A DNA stretch of 64,000 nt from an uncultured Deinococcaceae bacterium (GTDB lineage Bacteria > Deinococcota > Deinococci > Deinococcales > Deinococcaceae), in assembly GCA_964252075.1 (NCBI GenBank), contig CAXULY010000028.1:9366-73365 (forward strand), read 5' to 3'. A program made the position numbers and the translations under genes. Positions 56,066 to 64,000 of the stretch are shown here, piece after piece; positions within the stretch are counted from its first letter, which is position 1; each line of letters opens with the position of its first letter. The notes below the pieces were generated by a model. It was not told where the DNA came from, did not search any database, and worked only from the letters and a program-made list of their open reading frames with translations.

Positions 56066-57037
56066 TCAGTGCAGGACGTGCCACGTCAGGTACACACGGT
56101 TCAGGGCCGTGCGGCCCGCGTACTCCGGGTAGAAGCGCTGGATGTCGCTGTCCGCGCCGCTCGCCACGCTCTTGAAGCGCATCTTCACCGGAATGCGCGC
56201 CGGGAAGGTGGACACCGTGTACGTCCTGGACGGCTCCACCAGTTCGAAGAACAGGGGCGGGTCGAAGGACTTCAGCTGGAAGGAGAAAGGCGCGGTCGGT
56301 GGTGGTGAGATGTTCACGTTGAGGTACAGCGTGCGCACGGTGTTCGCGGGGGCGTACACGTCCGGCGCGTCGAAGCTGAAGCTGCGGAGCGGCTCCTCGC
56401 AGTTCACTTCCGGGTTGCCCCAGTCGGCGTGGTCGTAGCTGGCGCCGTCGCCCGCGCCGTTCACCACCAGCTGCAGTTCCCGCTTGCCCGCCACGTTCAC
56501 CGCCACATCCCGCACGGGGCTCGTGCCGGTCAGCGCGCCGCTGTCGTACAGCAGCTCGCCGTCCGCGTACACCTGGAACACCACGCTGCCCCGCCCGCCC
56601 ACCTCGTCGTCCACCCCGACGCTCGCGCGGAAGCTCGTGCAGTACCCCTCGCCGGGCTTGCTGATGTTGAAGCTCATCTCGCTGAGTGAGTTCACCCCGA
56701 ACCCCCGCGCGAAGGTGGTGCCGCGGATGGACAGCGTGTGGCCGTCCCCGGCGGCGCGCTCACCGTTGCTGCGGTTCACCTCGATGGGTCCCCAGCCGTT
56801 CGTGGCGGTGAGCATGGCCTCCGCGGAGAGGGAATTCCAGCCGGGTGAGAGCGTCAGGACCTGCACGCGGCCGGGCGCGGCGCGGTACGTCCAGTCCTGC
56901 CCGAGCGTGCCCGACGAGGTTTCGCTGCCCTGACTGAAGGGTGACGGACTGGATGGGGACTCGACCTGGCCGCAGGCGGCGAGGAGCAGGGCGGTACAGC
57001 TGACGGCGAGTGGCAGGCGGGCGGCGGCTCTTCGCAT
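56066..57037 (-). CDS. lipoprotein with NPCBM/NEW2 carbohydrate-binding domain
   Basis: Lipobox LAAC; NGWGPIEVNRSNGE, VGVDDE, GSVVFQV, DHADW. Confidence 0.88.
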   Translation of the reverse strand: MRRAAARLPLAVSCTALLLAACGQVESPSSPSPFSQGSETSSGTLGQDWTYRAAPGRVQVLTLSPGWNSLSAEAMLTATNGWGPIEVNRSNGERAAGDGHTLSIRGTTFARGFGVNSLSEMSFNISKPGEGYCTSFRASVGVDDEVGGRGSVVFQVYADGELLYDSGALTGTSPVRDVAVNVAGKRELQLVVNGAGDGASYDHADWGNPEVNCEEPLRSFSFDAPDVYAPANTVRTLYLNVNISPPPTAPFSFQLKSFDPPLFFELVEPSRTYTVSTFPARIPVKMRFKSVASGADSDIQRFYPEYAGRTALNRVYLTWHVLH

Positions 57038-57173
57038 GGTGCCTCCTGCACCGCCCGGAGGGAACGACGCAGGCAGGAAGCCGCGCAGCGCACCTCAATT
57101 GTGTGCGTCGCGCGGCTCCAGATCGTTGAAAAACGTTAAAGACCTTCGCCCCAAACACTCACCCGCCGGGGCC

Positions 57174-58661
57174 TCAAGTGGCGTCTACCTGATCCGCGCG
57201 CCCGGTGGCCCAGCTCAGGAAGTCCGCGAGGTCGCGGCCCTGCGCCTCCAGGCTCTCGGCGTGCGCGTACATCATGTGCCCCGCCGCGTAGAAGTGCTCG
57301 CGGATGTTGGCGCGCAGGCTGGGGTCCAGGCCCAGGCGGTCCAGGGTGTAGCGCGTCGCGAAGTACGGGGTGGCGAAGTCGTAGTAGCCACTGCCCACGT
57401 AGATCTTCAGGTGCGGGTTCTTGCTCATGGCGGCGCGCAGCGTCTCCGCGACCTGCACGTGCTTGTTCTCAAACTCCTTGTAACTCCACGGCCACACGCG
57501 CGACGTGAGCACCTCGTACGGGAGGTCCGACTCGAAGCCCAGCTCGGCGCGCAGCAGGTGGTTCGCGGCGGCGGTGTACGGGCCCTGGATGGCGCTCATG
57601 CTGGGGTCGTACTCGAAGTGCTCGCCGCCCGCGTCGCGGTCGATGCCCGTGAAGCGCGAGTCGAGGCGCCCCACCGTGCGGTGCTGGTCGCGCAGCAGTT
57701 CCTTCGTGAAGCGGAAGAGGTCCACGCGCAGGTCCGCGTTCAGCACGAACTCGGCGTTCACGCCCGTCAGGCGCGAGAACTCCTCTGCGACCGCGCGGCG
57801 GTCCTCGTCCGGCAGGCGCGCGCCCATCACGAGGGCGGGCCAGTACACGCTCCACGCGAAGTCCTCCGCCTCATGCAGCAGCGCCTCCAGGCTCTCGGCC
57901 TCCACCTTGCCGTGGTAATGCCCGGTCGCGGCATACGTGGGGAAGTGCAGGGGGTACGGCAGGTCGTTGCCCGCCGAGAAGTCCACCGTGGAGAAATCCA
58001 GGATGCTGCTGACCAGCATGATGCCGTTCAGGAACAGGCCGTGGCGGTCCTGCAGGTACCCGCTCAGCGCGGAGGCGCGGGTGGTGCCGTAACTCTCCCC
58101 GATCAGGAACTTCGGGGAGAGCCAGCGGTTCTGGCGGGTGGTCCACAGGCGGATGAAGTCCCCGACGGACTCCAGGTCACCCTTGAAGCCGTGGAAGTCG
58201 CCGGGCTTCTCGCCCGTCACGGCGCGCGAGAAGCCTGTACTCACGGGGTCAATGAACACCAGGTCGGAGTGCGCGAGCAGGGTGTGCGGGTTGTCCGCGA
58301 GGTCCCACGGCGGTCCCGTGAGGGCGCCCGCGTCGCCCATCACGACGCGGCGCGGCCCGAGCAGGCCCAGGTGCAGCCACGCGCTGGAGCTGCCCGGCCC
58401 GCCGTTGAAGCTGAAGGTGAGGGGGCGCGTGCGGAGGTCCGCCACGTCATCCAGGGTGTAGGCGGTGAAGAACACCGCCGCTTTGGCTTTCTCGCCGCCG
58501 GACTTGCCGTCGTCGGTGGCTTCCTGGCGCAGCACGAGGGTGCCCGCCGTGGCGGTGTACGCGAGTTCCTGCCCGTTCACGGTGATGTGGTGGCGCGTCA
58601 CGCTCAGCTGGTCCTGCACGACTTCCGGGGTGGGCGGCGTGGGGGTGGGTTGTTCGGTCAC
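57174..58661 (-). CDS. S10 family serine carboxypeptidase
   Basis: FNGGPGSSS, FIDPVSTGFS, GESYG, GYYDFATP, GHMMY. Confidence 0.93.
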   Translation of the reverse strand: MTEQPTPTPPTPEVVQDQLSVTRHHITVNGQELAYTATAGTLVLRQEATDDGKSGGEKAKAAVFFTAYTLDDVADLRTRPLTFSFNGGPGSSSAWLHLGLLGPRRVVMGDAGALTGPPWDLADNPHTLLAHSDLVFIDPVSTGFSRAVTGEKPGDFHGFKGDLESVGDFIRLWTTRQNRWLSPKFLIGESYGTTRASALSGYLQDRHGLFLNGIMLVSSILDFSTVDFSAGNDLPYPLHFPTYAATGHYHGKVEAESLEALLHEAEDFAWSVYWPALVMGARLPDEDRRAVAEEFSRLTGVNAEFVLNADLRVDLFRFTKELLRDQHRTVGRLDSRFTGIDRDAGGEHFEYDPSMSAIQGPYTAAANHLLRAELGFESDLPYEVLTSRVWPWSYKEFENKHVQVAETLRAAMSKNPHLKIYVGSGYYDFATPYFATRYTLDRLGLDPSLRANIREHFYAAGHMMYAHAESLEAQGRDLADFLSWATGRADQVDAT

Positions 58662-58704
58662 GCCGCCCACCATACCCCCGCGCGGATGAGGGAGGCCACA
58701 GGGC

Positions 58705-58736
58705 AAAAGGCGGGGCCGTTCACGCGGCCCCGCCCT
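58705..58736 (-). terminator. terminator after the VOC gene
   Basis: GGCGGGGCCG...CGGCCCCGCC-TTTT on the minus strand. Confidence 0.8.
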
Positions 58737-58747
58737 CCGAGCTTCCC

Positions 58748-59158
58748 TCAGCCCTGCGCGTGGGGCTGCACGGCGTAGATGGTGCTGCCGCTCGGGTCGC
58801 GGAACACGAGGTCGCGGCCCCACGGCATGGTGTTGATCTCGGGCGTCACCAGCTCCACGCCCTCCGCTTTCAGGCGCGCGAAGAGGCCCTCGATGTCGTT
58901 CGTGGCGACCATCAGCTGCGACTGGTGCGCCAGCCCGGCCCGTGCCTGCTCGATCTGCTCGGCGGGCACCCAGCCCTGCAGGTCCATGAGGACCACCTCG
59001 AAGTCCGGCTGGTCGGCGGGCGACACCGTCAGCCAGCGCTGCCCCGGCCCCATCTCGTTGTCCATCTTCTTCTGGAAGCCCAGCAACTCCGTGTAGAACC
59101 GCAGGGCGGCGTCCACATCGTCAAAATTGCGGCTGGCGTGCGTGACCTTCGTGATCAT
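58748..59158 (-). CDS. VOC/glyoxalase family protein
   Basis: ALRFYTELLGF, RWLTV, MPWGRDLVFRDPSG; AGGAGG RBS. Confidence 0.9.
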   Translation of the reverse strand: MITKVTHASRNFDDVDAALRFYTELLGFQKKMDNEMGPGQRWLTVSPADQPDFEVVLMDLQGWVPAEQIEQARAGLAHQSQLMVATNDIEGLFARLKAEGVELVTPEINTMPWGRDLVFRDPSGSTIYAVQPHAQG

Positions 59159-59181
59159 ACGGACCTCCTGATGGCACCCAA

Positions 59182-59198
59182 TTACGCTGGCAGCATAA
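59182..59198. promoter_or_regulatory. RDRM-like (DdrO-box) 17-bp palindrome overlapping the VOC gene -10
   Basis: TTACGCTGGCAGCATAA; minus-strand promoter TTGTGA-N17-TATGCT. Confidence 0.65.
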
Positions 59199-59312
59199 CA
59201 AATTGGGGTGCGTTTCACAATAGGCCCATGCGCTTAGCCAACGCCCCTTCACCCCCACGTCACCCGCCCCCGCGCCAGCGGCGGTACACGTAAGGCCAGA
59301 GGAGGGCCACCC

Positions 59313-59492
59313 ATGACCGACCCCAAACGCGACACCCCTCAGGAACCCCAGCGCTCCCCCGTCCCCACCGACGAGCGATTCGGCTACGGCAGCGAGATCT
59401 ACGCTCCCGGCGAAGGCAACGACACCGCCGTCACCGGCAATGACGAACCCGGCGGCGACCACCCCGACGGCGAGCAGGACGCCCAGCAATAA
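59313..59492 (+). CDS. 59-aa acidic, probably disordered small protein (absent from ORF track)
   Basis: GGAGG RBS; MTDPKRDTPQEPQRSPVPTDERFGYGSEIYAPGEGNDTAVTGNDEPGGDHPDGEQDAQQ; followed by a hairpin at about 59504-59534. Confidence 0.7.
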   Translation: MTDPKRDTPQEPQRSPVPTDERFGYGSEIYAPGEGNDTAVTGNDEPGGDHPDGEQDAQQ

Positions 59493-59642
59493 GCCCCACC
59501 CGCGCGGGCCTGCCCTGGTGTGGGGCAGGCCCGCGCCCTTGCCCGCCAAGCCTCAAGTCTTCCTGAACCCGCGCTGCACCCACGCCCGCGCCCCCCGGTC
59601 TATCACTGAGGGGAAAGCACGGCACGACAAGGAGGGTCAGGT

Positions 59643-60062
59643 ATGACGGTACGCAACTTCGCGCGCTGGGCGGGCATCATCTTCATTCTGGTCGGCATCC
59701 TCGGCTTCATCCCCGGCATCACGCAGATGATGAGTGACAGCAGCGGCCTGCGCGTCACCACCAGCAACGGCATGCTGCTCGGCATCTTCCACGTGAACCT
59801 GCTGCACAACATCGTGCACATCCTGCTCGGCATCTGGGGCGTCGCGTCCGCCGGGAGTTACGACGCGTCCATCGGGTATGCGCGCGGCATCACGTACATC
59901 TACGGCATCCTGGCGATCCTGGGCCTCATTCCCGGCACGAACACCCTGTTCGGCCTCGCGCCCATCGGCGGCGCGGACGTGGCGCTGCACATCGTGCTCG
60001 CGATTGTCGCGGCGTACTTCGGGTGGGGCGTGCGGGACCGCGACACCACCGCCCGCGCCTGA
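59643..60062 (+). CDS. DUF4383 family membrane protein
   Basis: GILGFIPG, LLGIFHVNLLHNIVH, four TM helices. Confidence 0.88.
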   Translation: MTVRNFARWAGIIFILVGILGFIPGITQMMSDSSGLRVTTSNGMLLGIFHVNLLHNIVHILLGIWGVASAGSYDASIGYARGITYIYGILAILGLIPGTNTLFGLAPIGGADVALHIVLAIVAAYFGWGVRDRDTTARA

Positions 60063-60112
60063 GCAGACGCACCACAAGGGAAGGGGACGCCGACACTCGG
60101 CGCCCCCTTCAC

Positions 60113-60334
60113 TCATTCCTGCTCGTTCGCCCAGCCGCGTTGTGGCGAGATGACCGCCTGCACGCGCCCCACCACGCCGTTCGTGAGGCGCACCTTGATG
60201 CCGTGCGGGTGCGTGGGCGAACGCGTGAGCAGCTGCGCCACCACGCCACGCGTGAGCTTGCCCGTGGGCTGATCCTGCTTCTGCACCACATCCACAGTCA
60301 CACCGGGAATGATTTGGGAACGGGGGGGAGCCAT
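60113..60334 (-). CDS. YwbE/DUF2196 family protein
   Basis: KQDQPTGKLTRGVV...LTRSPTHPHGIKVRL...GRVQ. Confidence 0.92.
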   Translation of the reverse strand: MAPPRSQIIPGVTVDVVQKQDQPTGKLTRGVVAQLLTRSPTHPHGIKVRLTNGVVGRVQAVISPQRGWANEQE

Positions 60335-60365
60335 GCCAGGAGACTACGCTACGCCTCCAGGCAAA

Positions 60366-60397
60366 ACAAAAAGCTGCCCCTGCTGGAGAGGGGCAGC
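60366..60397 (-). terminator. terminator after purF
   Basis: GCTGCCCT...GGGGCAGC-TTTTT on the minus strand. Confidence 0.8.
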
Positions 60398-60410
60398 CGC
60401 GCAACGCCAT

Positions 60411-64000
<3,590 letters not shown>

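Overview
High-GC chromosomal window from a Deinococcaceae-type bacterium. The lineage is inferred from the SLH/beta-barrel envelope protein, the Thermus-type paa cluster with a PaaR operator, an RDRM-like box and pervasive leaderless TANNNT-N6/7-start genes. It is mostly housekeeping and metabolic: lysS 3' end, ROK-regulated sugar ABC operon, tRNA-fMet, alr, rapZ-yvcK, ndh, T-box/valS, moaB, clpS-clpA, paaABCDZK, purL-purF. No transposase, integrase, prophage or CRISPR array was seen. The standout is a compact locus at about 12.25-15.5 kb. An unannotated 54-aa secreted propeptide (signal peptide plus two K[D/N]NFGV motifs) is followed by a second small ORF and a PAS/HD-GYP phosphodiesterase. 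These are transcribed divergently from a TPR + wHTH/BTAD (SARP-like) regulator, across a 45-bp spacer with three 11-bp-phased direct repeats. This resembles an RRNPP-like peptide-signalling circuit with a SARP-type output domain, possibly coupled to c-di-GMP. Secondary observations are an RDRM/DdrO-like box over a VOC-gene promoter, a pilin-head-like lipoprotein, a degenerate SNase-like secreted protein, an unknown ORF between the Val T-box and valS, and an array of CTCA/TGAG palindromes upstream of the S-layer gene. All assignments are by eye from motifs; no database searches were run.
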